A DNA stretch of 37,471 nucleotides from Alphaproteobacteria bacterium (lineage in GTDB: Bacteria > Pseudomonadota > Alphaproteobacteria > UBA11222), in assembly GCA_040081735.1 (NCBI GenBank), contig JBEBFX010000002.1, positions 1 to 37,471 on the forward strand. The letters run 5' to 3'. The notes below the pieces were generated by a model. The model was not told the origin of the DNA. It saw only the letters and a list, made by a program, of their open reading frames with translations, and ran no database searches. Numbering within the stretch: the stretch's first letter is position 1; each line of letters starts with the position of its first letter. The position numbers and the translations under genes are program-made. Positions 15,813 to 24,073 of this stretch are shown here, piece after piece.

Positions 15813-16634
15813 ATGCGCATACGCGTCACTCATACGACCCGGTATCGATATGACCAGAATGTTTCGTACTCGGCGCAGCTGATCCGGCTTCACCCGCGCA
15901 GCCATCAGGGCCAGCAGGTTATTTCATGGCTGGTGACGGGCGGCGACGGACGATCGCTGCCGTCAACCTATGATGGCTACGGCAATATTCTGCACATGCT
16001 GACCCGAGACCAGATGCACGACGCGGCCAGTATTATTTCTGCGGGAGAGGTCGAAACAACCGATACTTCGGGCATTATCAAGGGCGCCGTGGAGACCCTG
16101 CCCTGTATTTATTTCCTCCGGCAAACGGAATACACCCAGCCCGATGCGGCGATACTGGCCCTGGCCCACACGGCGGGCGGCTTTGACGCGATTGAGCAGC
16201 TGCACCAGTTAATGGCGCGCATCCGGGAAAGCGTGGCTTATGAAACCGGCACAACGGCAAGCGGCACTACGGCGGCCGAGGCGCTGGCCCATGGCAGCGG
16301 CGTGTGCCAGGACCATACCCACATCTTTCTGGCGGCAGTGCGCAGCATTGGCTATCCTGCCCGTTATGTTTCGGGCTATCTTCACGGGGCCGGCGGCGCG
16401 CAGGGCGGCGATGCTGGTCATGCCTGGGCCGAGGTTCATACGGAAGGGCTGGGCTGGGTTAGTTTTGATGTCGCCAACGGTATATGTCCGAACGAAAATT
16501 ATGTTAGGATCGCCGTCGGGCTGGACTTTCAGGAGGCCGCCCCCATAAGGGGCATCCGGCGCGGCGAGGGTACGGAGGAAATGACGGTGTCCGTGGATAT
16601 AAGTCTGCCGGACGCGCAACAACAACAACAATAA
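15813..16634 (+). CDS. transglutaminase-like cysteine protease family protein with Bact_transglu_N-type N-terminus
   Basis: 273 aa. The N-terminus MRIRVTHTTRYRYDQ is typical. The Cys-His-Asp triad context is intact (GSGVCQDHTHIF, GHAWAEV, FDVANG). It ends in five glutamines encoded by (CAA)5. Confidence 0.85.
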   Translation: MRIRVTHTTRYRYDQNVSYSAQLIRLHPRSHQGQQVISWLVTGGDGRSLPSTYDGYGNILHMLTRDQMHDAASIISAGEVETTDTSGIIKGAVETLPCIYFLRQTEYTQPDAAILALAHTAGGFDAIEQLHQLMARIRESVAYETGTTASGTTAAEALAHGSGVCQDHTHIFLAAVRSIGYPARYVSGYLHGAGGAQGGDAGHAWAEVHTEGLGWVSFDVANGICPNENYVRIAVGLDFQEAAPIRGIRRGEGTEEMTVSVDISLPDAQQQQQ

Positions 16635-16655
16635 CAAAACTGCAAGAGTGGTATC

Positions 16656-17399
16656 ATGACCTATTGCGTCGGACTGTGTCTGAAAGAAGGAATTGTAATG
16701 CTGTCCGATACCCGCACCAATGCAGGGGTCGATAACATTTCCACATTCTGCAAAATGTCGGTGTTTGAGAAAACCGGCGACCGCATGCTGGCGATGATGA
16801 CGGCGGGCAATCTTGCCGTTTCCCAGGCCGTGCAGGGTTTGCTGAACGAGGGTATCGAAAACAAGGCCACCGGTGAAATGGAAACCCTGTTTACCGTGCC
16901 CAACATGTTCCGCGCGGCCCAGCTGGTCAGCGAGGCGGTGCGTCAGGTGTTCTTCATCCATGGCGGCGTGATGCAGGCGCAGGGCATTGGCTTTGACGTG
17001 GGCATCATGCTCGGCGGGCAGATCGGCAAGGGCGCCTTGCATATGTATCAGTTTTATTCGGCGGGTAATTTTATCGAATCGTCCGAGGACACGCCGTTCC
17101 TGCAGCTTGGCGAACACAAATATGGCAAGCCGATCCTGGACCGCTCCGTTGGCTATGATCTGCCGCTGTATGACGCGATCAAGATGGTGCTGCTTTCAAT
17201 GGATTCGACCCTGCGCAGCAATCTTTCCGTCGGTCTGCCGCTGGATCTGCTGGTCTATAAATGCGACGCCCTGCGCGCGGGCATCCGCCGCCGCATCACC
17301 GATGACGAGCCGTACTTCCGCTATGTAAGGGAGACCTGGTCAAGCGCCCTGCGCGAAGCGCATCAGCATATTACGCGCCCCGACTGGGCCAGGGATTGA
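16656..17399 (+). CDS. proteasome-type peptidase, Anbu (ancestral beta-subunit) family
   Basis: 247 aa. The N-terminus is MTYCVGLCLKEGIVMLSDTRTNAG, so Thr becomes residue 1 after Met removal. Asp17 and Lys32 sit at proteasome-like catalytic spacing. Fourth gene of the operon. Confidence 0.85.
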   Translation: MTYCVGLCLKEGIVMLSDTRTNAGVDNISTFCKMSVFEKTGDRMLAMMTAGNLAVSQAVQGLLNEGIENKATGEMETLFTVPNMFRAAQLVSEAVRQVFFIHGGVMQAQGIGFDVGIMLGGQIGKGALHMYQFYSAGNFIESSEDTPFLQLGEHKYGKPILDRSVGYDLPLYDAIKMVLLSMDSTLRSNLSVGLPLDLLVYKCDALRAGIRRRITDDEPYFRYVRETWSSALREAHQHITRPDWARD

Positions 17400-17458
17400 A
17401 TGGTTTACGTGTCCGGCATTCTGCCTATACTGGTGAAAACAGCCATGGAGGAACGGAT

Positions 17459-17944
17459 ATGACGGACATCACCACGCAAACCCTGCTGGATCGCGCAGCA
17501 ATTAGCGATGTGTTTCACAATTACGCCAGCGGCGTTGATATGCGCGACTGGGTTTTATTCCGCAGCCTCTTTACCGATGACGTGCACGCGGATTTTTCCT
17601 CGATGACGCCGGGCTTTATCGTCAGCGGCGCCGATCAATGGACGGCTCAGGTCAGCCGCGCCATCGGCGCGCTGGACGCCACCCAGCATATCATCACCAA
17701 TCATGTGCATGTGATTGACGGCGATCGCAGCAAAAGCCGGTCCTATCTGCAAGCGCAACATGTGCTGCGCAGCGCGGCCGGCGCGCCGGACATTCATTAC
17801 ATGATTGGCGGCTATTATGTGTACGACATGGTGCGCGCGGGCAAGGCGTGGAAAATCAGCAACTACAGTCTGACGCTGACCTGGCATACGGGCGATCCGG
17901 AAATTTTCCGGATGGGGATTGCGCGCAAAAAAGCCGCCGGATAA
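17459..17944 (+). CDS. SnoaL-like / NTF2-family protein
   Basis: Start moved to ATG 17459, which has GGAGGA 8 nt upstream. The text MTDITTQTLLDRAAISDVFHNYASGVDMRDWVLFRSLFTDDV... is typical of SnoaL_4-type proteins. 59 nt downstream of the Anbu gene. Confidence 0.75.
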   Translation: MTDITTQTLLDRAAISDVFHNYASGVDMRDWVLFRSLFTDDVHADFSSMTPGFIVSGADQWTAQVSRAIGALDATQHIITNHVHVIDGDRSKSRSYLQAQHVLRSAAGAPDIHYMIGGYYVYDMVRAGKAWKISNYSLTLTWHTGDPEIFRMGIARKKAAG

Positions 17945-17961
17945 AGCAGCGGCCTACAGCG

Positions 17962-19329
17962 CTACCACGGCGTGCGGGCCAGGGCTGCGGGATGCGGCGG
18001 GTGCAGCCGCGCGCCGCGCCCGGGGAACAGTTTTTCGCGGATCGTGCCGGGCTGATATTCGCGCTGCATGCGGCCGCGCTGCTGCAGAATGGGGACGACG
18101 CCCTCGATAAAGTCTGCGAACGAGCCGGGCAGCGTAGCGTAGGACAGATTGAAGCCGTCCACGCCCGCATCGATCCAGTCTTCCAGCCGGTCGGCGATCT
18201 GTTCGGTTGCGCCGACCATTACCGGCCCAGCGCCGCCCATGCCAATGCGTCTGGCCAGGCTGCGCATGGTCCATTTCTGGCCGTCCTTGCCGGGCGCCAG
18301 CGCGCGCAGGATGGACTGCACGGCGTTGGTCTGGACCATTTCAATGGGCGCGTCGGGATCAAGCGCGCTGAAATCGATGCCGGACCAGCCGCCCAGCAGC
18401 GACAGCGCGCCCTCATAATCGACCTGTTCGCTATATTCCTCGAATTTGCGCCGCGCCTCCGCCTCGGTGCCGCCGGTGATGATTTTCAGATAGGCAAAGC
18501 CAAGAACATCTTCGGGGTTGCGGCCCTGCGCCTGCAAGGCCGCGTGCACGTCGCGCATATATTGCCCGGCGCCTTCGGGCCGCGAGGAGACGCAAAACAC
18601 GCATTCGGCGTGTTGCGCCCCGAACGCGATGCCGCGCGGGCTTGCGCCCGCCTGAAACAGCAGCGGCGTGCGTTGCACCGATGGCTCGCACAGATGGCAG
18701 CCATGCAGCTTGTAATATTTGCCGTCGTGATTGACATCGCGGATTTTTGCCGGGTCGGCGTAAATGCCGCGCGCCCGGTCCTGTATGACCGCGTCGTCCG
18801 CCCAGCTGTTTTCCCATAGCTGATAGCACAGCCGGGCATATTCATCGGCCATGTCATAGCGCTCATCATGCTCGGGGATACCGGGCAGGCCAAAGCTGCG
18901 CCCGGTGCTTTCCAGATACGAGGTGACGATGTTCCACGCCACCCGGCCCTTGGTGAGATGATCGAGCGTGCTGATCAGGCGCGCGAACATGAACGGGTGG
19001 TACTGGATCATCGCGCTGGTGAACCCGAACCCCAGATGTTCGGTGACGCTGGCCATGGCCGGGATCAGCAACATCGGATCATTGACCGGAAACTGCGTGG
19101 CGGCCCGGACCGAGGCGTCGCGGTTGCCGCCATAGACATCATAGACGCCAACCACATCGGCCAGAAACAGCCCGTCAAAGCAGCCTTTTTCGAGCAGTTT
19201 TGCAATCTCCAGCCAGTGATCCAGGTCAGTGTACCGGACAGAGCTGTCGCCCGTGACCCGCCACATGCCGGGCGATTGATGCACCACGCAATTCATCATG
19301 AATGCGTTGAAATACATGCGTTTTTTCAC
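17962..19329 (-). CDS. LLM-class FMN-dependent monooxygenase, NtaA/SnaA/DszA family
   Basis: The N-terminus (V)KKRMYFNAFMMNCVVHQSPGMW is characteristic of the family. GTG 19329 has GGGGGAAG 7 nt upstream. ATG 19317 and the track start 19362 are alternatives. Confidence 0.85.
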   Translation of the reverse strand: MKKRMYFNAFMMNCVVHQSPGMWRVTGDSSVRYTDLDHWLEIAKLLEKGCFDGLFLADVVGVYDVYGGNRDASVRAATQFPVNDPMLLIPAMASVTEHLGFGFTSAMIQYHPFMFARLISTLDHLTKGRVAWNIVTSYLESTGRSFGLPGIPEHDERYDMADEYARLCYQLWENSWADDAVIQDRARGIYADPAKIRDVNHDGKYYKLHGCHLCEPSVQRTPLLFQAGASPRGIAFGAQHAECVFCVSSRPEGAGQYMRDVHAALQAQGRNPEDVLGFAYLKIITGGTEAEARRKFEEYSEQVDYEGALSLLGGWSGIDFSALDPDAPIEMVQTNAVQSILRALAPGKDGQKWTMRSLARRIGMGGAGPVMVGATEQIADRLEDWIDAGVDGFNLSYATLPGSFADFIEGVVPILQQRGRMQREYQPGTIREKLFPGRGARLHPPHPAALARTPW

Positions 19330-19519
19330 GGCAAAACTTCCCCCTGTAAGGCCCCGGGTCATGGGGCGCTCAGGTTAACATTATTCGGGGGTGTCAGGAC
19401 AGGAATGATGTTATGGCGGGCTGCACCGCGCGTATGAGGGCGATGTATCGGGAGGGGGCCGGGGAAAATTAAAGGGTAACGTCCAATTTAATGGCCAGGT
19501 TTGCCGGTTAATTCTGGTT

Positions 19520-19963
19520 TTACAAAGAGGACGTCCCGGGATGGTTGTCAGTGACAATGGCGGCGAACTCACCAGCAACGCCATCCCTGCATGGGCCGAT
19601 GAAGCCCAGGCTGGCTGGCGTTACATCGCGCCGGGCAAGCCGATGCAGAATGCCTGCATTGAGCGCTTCAACGGCAGGCTGCGCGATGAAAAGCTGAACG
19701 GGACCCTGTTCAGCACACTGCATCAAGTGCGCGTTGAACTGGCGGCCTGGAGGAACGGCTACAACACCAAAAGACCACACCCGGCGCCCGGCTGGCTGAC
19801 GCCATCCGAGTTCGCCAATCACCACGCCCGGAGTAAGCAAGGGCCACCGGGCGCTGCGCAACCTGACCGCTCCGCGCCCATGGCCATTGCACCAACCGCC
19901 CAACAGGGCATAATCAACCCTCAGAGCGAACTCAAAAATGGATAGAAGGTTGGGGCAAGGTCA
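19520..19963 (+). mobile_element. 5'-truncated IS3-family (IS407-like) element: C-terminal part of the OrfB transposase plus the right inverted repeat
   Basis: Translation ...[90 protein letters not shown] is the rve-core C-terminus only. The sequence ...TGGGGCAAGGTCA ending at 19963 resembles an IS407-type IR terminus (TGACC...GGTCA). The left boundary is approximate. No OrfA or left IR is present. Confidence 0.8.
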
Positions 19964-19979
19964 GTGGCTCCAGCCTTTT

Positions 19980-20375
19980 TTATCCCGGCGTCTCGCCCGC
20001 ATGAATACTGATGTCGGACAGGGCGAAGAATTTCCATCCGGTATCTGTCCGCGTCAGCGCGTAAAAGGCGGACACGGTTTCGATCGGCGTCCCATCCGCT
20101 TTCACCCGGGTTCCGCTGCGCAGGATCAGGTGGGCTTTTTTGGGGGTTATCGCCACCACCTCGTAATCTGTGTCGATGGTGTTGACCATTTGCTTCGCGG
20201 CCATCACCTCGCCTGGATTAAAAGGAAAGGCGTCATACATTCTTACCTTGCCATTGCCGATATGGGCGAGCGGGTACTGCATCATGCCATTCAGCGTGAC
20301 CATGTCATTCGACAGGAAGGCCTTCAGATAGGCCGCATAGGCGGCAAGCACTTCGTCTCTCAGTTTTTCATCCAT
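19980..20375 (-). CDS. hypothetical protein, NTF2-like fold (DUF4440/SnoaL-like guess)
   Basis: Start moved to ATG 20375 (MDEKLRDEVLAAYAAYLKAF...), which has GGAGA 8 nt upstream. 131 aa. The family call rests on weak text similarity only. Confidence 0.6.
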   Translation of the reverse strand: MDEKLRDEVLAAYAAYLKAFLSNDMVTLNGMMQYPLAHIGNGKVRMYDAFPFNPGEVMAAKQMVNTIDTDYEVVAITPKKAHLILRSGTRVKADGTPIETVSAFYALTRTDTGWKFFALSDISIHAGETPG

Positions 20376-20428
20376 CTTTTTATCTCCAATAAACTGTTGT
20401 CTGACCGGATTGGCGCATCCCAAAAACC

Positions 20429-20491
20429 GCCTTGTCATGCCCCGGCTTGCCTACCCGCCAGAGCCTTGCGAAGGCCGGGTAATGACAAAGC
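20429..20491. repeat. imperfect inverted repeat (about 21-bp arms) downstream of tonB; possible terminator or small palindromic element
   Basis: GCCTTGTCATGCCCCGGCTTGC ... GCGAAGGCCGGGTAATGACAAAGC. The arms share the TTGTCAT/ATGACAA ends with the larger MITE-like element. Confidence 0.5.
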
Positions 20492-20586
20492 GGGGAATAT
20501 AGCGCATCAAGTTGATCACAAAATGCTCAAATATTTCGCGGCTGTTGAGAATCCCCTAAAATGACTCTACTAAAATGCGGACCGAT

Positions 20587-21354
20587 CTATTGAATCCTGA
20601 AATTCACCGGAATGTCGAAAGACGCCTCCGATTTGCCCAGTTCCGGCGGCAGTGACGGAAAGGGCGCAGCGGAGCGAACGGCGGCTGTAGCGGCTGCGGC
20701 GAGGCGTGCAGGAGTTTGGGTCATCGGGATGATACGGTTCACGGCGCCGCTGGAGGCGATCTTTACGCGCAGAACGATGGTTCCCTCCTCATTACGGCGC
20801 AAGGACAGCGAAGGATATTGCTTGTGCGCGTCGATCATCTCGCGCATCCGTGTTATGTATTCCGTGGCGATCCAGTCGCTGACAGGCATGACCGCCGCTT
20901 CCGGAGGGTCCGGGCGCGCTTGCGAAGTGGCGGGTTGCCTGCTGCCACGCGGAAGCGGCGCCGGGTGGCGCAGCTTTCGCGTGGCTTCCGGCTGAACAAT
21001 CTCAGGGGCAGGTCCAGTCATACCTGGCAACGCGATTGACACTTGCCGTGGTGCGGGCCTTGCGTCAATGGGCGCGCGCTCAGGCGGCGGCGCAACGGAA
21101 GTCGATGGCGTGGTCTCTCCGGCCGGTGCGATTTCTGCTGGCATTGCCTGCTGCTGTGAAGGTGCGGGGGTGAATGCGACCAATTCCACGTTGATGATCT
21201 CGGGTTTAAAATGCATTTGCGGGCGTGGCAGTCCGATGATCGGCGCGATCATCAGGGCGTGCAGGCCGATGGACAGCGAGACAGGCAGGAGATCGCGCCC
21301 GGTCCTTGGTTCGTTACCGCGTCGCGACAGAATATAATTCAACCGGATCGCCAT
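20587..21354 (-). CDS. tonB: energy transducer TonB
   Basis: Start moved to ATG 21354, which has GAGGAG 6 nt upstream; the track start is a GTG. It has an N-terminal TM helix, a Pro-rich spacer and a TonB C-terminal domain (EGTIVLRVKIASSGAV...FDIPVNFRIQ). Confidence 0.85.
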   Translation of the reverse strand: MAIRLNYILSRRGNEPRTGRDLLPVSLSIGLHALMIAPIIGLPRPQMHFKPEIINVELVAFTPAPSQQQAMPAEIAPAGETTPSTSVAPPPERAPIDARPAPRQVSIALPGMTGPAPEIVQPEATRKLRHPAPLPRGSRQPATSQARPDPPEAAVMPVSDWIATEYITRMREMIDAHKQYPSLSLRRNEEGTIVLRVKIASSGAVNRIIPMTQTPARLAAAATAAVRSAAPFPSLPPELGKSEASFDIPVNFRIQ

Positions 21355-21495
21355 CGTGCTCCTCACTGGCTCCACTAAGCCGGGCGGGCCTTCACTGACG
21401 CTTCCCGGCTCAACAGTCGACCGGCCCAGATTACAACCCGGCGGGCTGCCTTATGCATCTAATAAAGCGGTAACGCGGCGCTATTTAAGCATGTT

Positions 21496-23835
21496 CTAGA
21501 AGATGGCAGTCAATCCCACCCAAGCGCTCCGCGGCTGGCCCGGGCCGGCAAACCGGTTATCCGTAAACCCGGGAAACACATCCGTCGGATCCGCATATAT
21601 GCCGAATGTTTCGTATTTCTTGTCGAAGACGTTATTGACACGCAGCTTGATCTGTATGGCGTCCGTAATCTGGCGGGTGGACCAGAAATTGAACACGGCG
21701 GCGCCGTTTAGCGGATCCTGGCTGTTGTTCTCGTCGCCTCTGAAGTAGCGGCTTGATGTGATGACGGACTCCGCAGCCACGACCCACCGGTCTGTGATCG
21801 CGTATCCGAGGCCGAGCTTGGAGGTGTGCTTGGGGACGTTGGGGATGCGGTCGCCAGGGCTTATATCGATATTACCGTCACTGTCTGCCGAAGGATTGTC
21901 CGGGCTGAGAATTGTGAGCGCGCTTTCGAAAGTGGCGCGCACGAATGCGTAATTGGCGTACCAGTTCCACTGCGCCAGATCGCCTTGAACGCCAAATTCG
22001 AGGCCGGTGCGCTCAGTCTCACCGGAATTTTGAAAGAATCCGGAGCCTACTACGGGGCCGGCGCTGACAAATATGATGTCGTCGTGATTGCGCGTGCGGA
22101 AGCCTGATAGCGACCATTCAACATTGTCCGCCTGCTTACCGAATGTGTAACGGGCGCGTACACCCCCCTCAATGGTGCGCGAGATCACCTGGTCGAGCGG
22201 CGGGTCGGACACGAAAGCGTTGGGAAAGCGGCATGGCTGGTTCGGGTCGGCGCAGCTGAGTTCGGCGGGGGTCGGAATGCGGTTGGCTTCTGCATAGACG
22301 CCATAAAGATTGATCTGCGGAGCAAGCTGATAGGTCATGCCGATGGACGGATTGGCCCGCGAGAAACGATGTGAGCCGTCGAGCGCGGTACCGAACCGGT
22401 CATTCAAATCAACCTCCGCGAGGTTGAAGCGCGCGGCGGCGGTGACATTCAACCGGTCGGTCAGCGTCAACGTGTCGGAGATATAAAGGCCGTAATAGAT
22501 GTTGCGGGCATTAAGGCGCGTAATGAAATCCCCGGTTCCGAGAAAAATGCCGGCGCCGGACACGGATCGATCGGTGTTAAGGACGCCGAGTTCGGTATGG
22601 CTCCGGAACTTGGTCCATCCCGCGTCGATTGCGCTGCCGACGAGCAACGAATTCCTCATCCCGAAGAGAGGCTTGTCAAGAGTCGCCTGGAGCGATCCGC
22701 CGGCGCCGTTGGTTATGGTGCGCTGGCGGTTCAGGTTACCGTTACCGACGGCCGCGGCGCTGATCAGATTGCCATTGATATCCTCAACTTCTTCTTCTTC
22801 ATCACCGGGTTCTTCGCAGAGAAACGCCGGCGGCGCTTCAAAACCCTCGCAGGGGCCGTTGTCGCTATCATCGCCATTGATCGTATTGCGCTTGTTGTAG
22901 CGAAAATAGACGCTGCTTTGGAACGACAGGGCATGGGCCATTTCGATATTGCCGCGCAACGCCAACATCACCAGGGTGTTTTTGGTCGTATCGGGCGAGG
23001 TGAAAATTGCCGAACGGTCCGCAGCCAGAAGTTCGGCAGGCGCCGGGCCGTTGCCGGTGAGATCGGATCTCACATAGGTCAACCCGGCCCCAAGCTCATG
23101 ATTGTCACCGCGCGATGCGGCGTCGGCATAGCCTTGCACAAGCCGCGATGGCGAGTCATCGCGCCAGCCGTTTTCCCGCACGCCGTTGATGCCGGCATAG
23201 ACACCCAGTTTTCCCGTGTTCATGCCGTATTCCCCGGCGCCCTGAACACGGCCGAACGATCCGCCCTCAAGCCTGACGGTCGAATCCGTGAAATTGAAAC
23301 CATTGTTCATCTCGGCGGTGACCGCCCCGCCCAGCGCATTCAGCCCAAAGACCGGGTTGGTGCCCTGGATCACCTGCAGCCGTCTGATCGCAAAAATTGG
23401 CATTAAATCCCATTGAACGGTGTCCCCGAACGGTTCGTTGATCCGAACGCCGTTCTGATAGATCGCCAGCCCCTGAGGTTCACCCAGAAGCGGGGACGCT
23501 GTAAAACCGCGAATGGTTATGTTTGGCTGAAACGGATTGTTCTGGCTGTCCACCCGCGACACCCCGGCGCCGCGCAGCTCCAGAATGTCGGCGGGCGTAC
23601 GCGGATCGCCGGCCCGGATATCACTACGGTCGAGTGTGATGACGTTGACGGGTACCCGATCGCGGTCCAGACCACTGCCCTGCACCGGGGTCACACCGAT
23701 CACGTTGATCTCGGGGACTGCATAAATGGAGGCGCCGGACTCCTGGGCAACCACGCGGCCTGGATCGTAAACTGCGGCGATTGACGCACATAAAGCAAGG
23801 CCAAGCTGGATGCGGCGCACAAGACAATGGAACAC
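21496..23835 (-). CDS. TonB-dependent outer-membrane receptor, substrate unknown
   Basis: 779 aa. GTG start has GGGAG upstream. It has a signal peptide, plug-domain text (NPFQPNITIRGF, AIYQNGVRINEPFGD) and a C-terminal aromatic terminus ...WVGLTAIF. No N-terminal FecA-type signalling extension is present. Confidence 0.88.
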   Translation of the reverse strand: MFHCLVRRIQLGLALCASIAAVYDPGRVVAQESGASIYAVPEINVIGVTPVQGSGLDRDRVPVNVITLDRSDIRAGDPRTPADILELRGAGVSRVDSQNNPFQPNITIRGFTASPLLGEPQGLAIYQNGVRINEPFGDTVQWDLMPIFAIRRLQVIQGTNPVFGLNALGGAVTAEMNNGFNFTDSTVRLEGGSFGRVQGAGEYGMNTGKLGVYAGINGVRENGWRDDSPSRLVQGYADAASRGDNHELGAGLTYVRSDLTGNGPAPAELLAADRSAIFTSPDTTKNTLVMLALRGNIEMAHALSFQSSVYFRYNKRNTINGDDSDNGPCEGFEAPPAFLCEEPGDEEEEVEDINGNLISAAAVGNGNLNRQRTITNGAGGSLQATLDKPLFGMRNSLLVGSAIDAGWTKFRSHTELGVLNTDRSVSGAGIFLGTGDFITRLNARNIYYGLYISDTLTLTDRLNVTAAARFNLAEVDLNDRFGTALDGSHRFSRANPSIGMTYQLAPQINLYGVYAEANRIPTPAELSCADPNQPCRFPNAFVSDPPLDQVISRTIEGGVRARYTFGKQADNVEWSLSGFRTRNHDDIIFVSAGPVVGSGFFQNSGETERTGLEFGVQGDLAQWNWYANYAFVRATFESALTILSPDNPSADSDGNIDISPGDRIPNVPKHTSKLGLGYAITDRWVVAAESVITSSRYFRGDENNSQDPLNGAAVFNFWSTRQITDAIQIKLRVNNVFDKKYETFGIYADPTDVFPGFTDNRFAGPGQPRSAWVGLTAIF

Positions 23836-23866
23836 GAGACAACTCCCTGAGCGACCCGAAAGCGGA

Positions 23867-23959
23867 TGGCGGAGGGGATGGGATTCGAACCCACGATACG
23901 ACTTGACATCGTATAACGGTTTAGCAAACCGCCGCCTTCAGCCACTCGGCCACCCCTCC
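23867..23959 (-). tRNA. tRNA-Ser (anticodon GCU), class II with long variable arm, CCA encoded
   Basis: The minus-strand sequence GGAGGGGTGGCCGAGTGGCTGAAGGCGGCGGTTTGCTAAACCGTTATACGATGTCAAGTCGTATCGTGGGTTCGAATCCCATCCCCTCCGCCA was folded by hand. It gives a 7-bp acceptor stem, anticodon loop TTGCTAA, variable-arm stem TACGA/TCGTA and a GTTCGAATC T-loop. Confidence 0.93.
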
Positions 23960-24073
23960 ACACGGACAGCCTACGGCGAAATGCGAACCGCATACAAGTC
24001 AGGACTGTTCCGGAACCCAGCTAGTTAGACTAGTTTCAGCTCAGATTCAACCGCGCGCCGCAAAAACCGCGAA

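Noticed and set aside
19363-20000. Search for an att-like direct repeat of the tRNA-Ser 3' end at the far border of the putative islet
   Set aside because: Only a weak G-rich resemblance was found (CGGGAGGGGG near 19450 versus GCGGAGGGGA in the tRNA), which is not convincing by eye. The islet idea is therefore reported with modest interest only.
23836-23866. Fur box or cobalamin/other riboswitch upstream of the TonB-dependent receptor
   Set aside because: The spacer is only 31 nt. It contains no GATAATGATAATCATTATC-like palindrome and is too short for a riboswitch.
23700-24028. ORFs 23700..23993 (minus) and 23810..24028 (plus)
   Set aside because: Both run straight through the tRNA-Ser gene, and the minus-strand one also enters the receptor start region. 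The tRNA fold explains the sequence.
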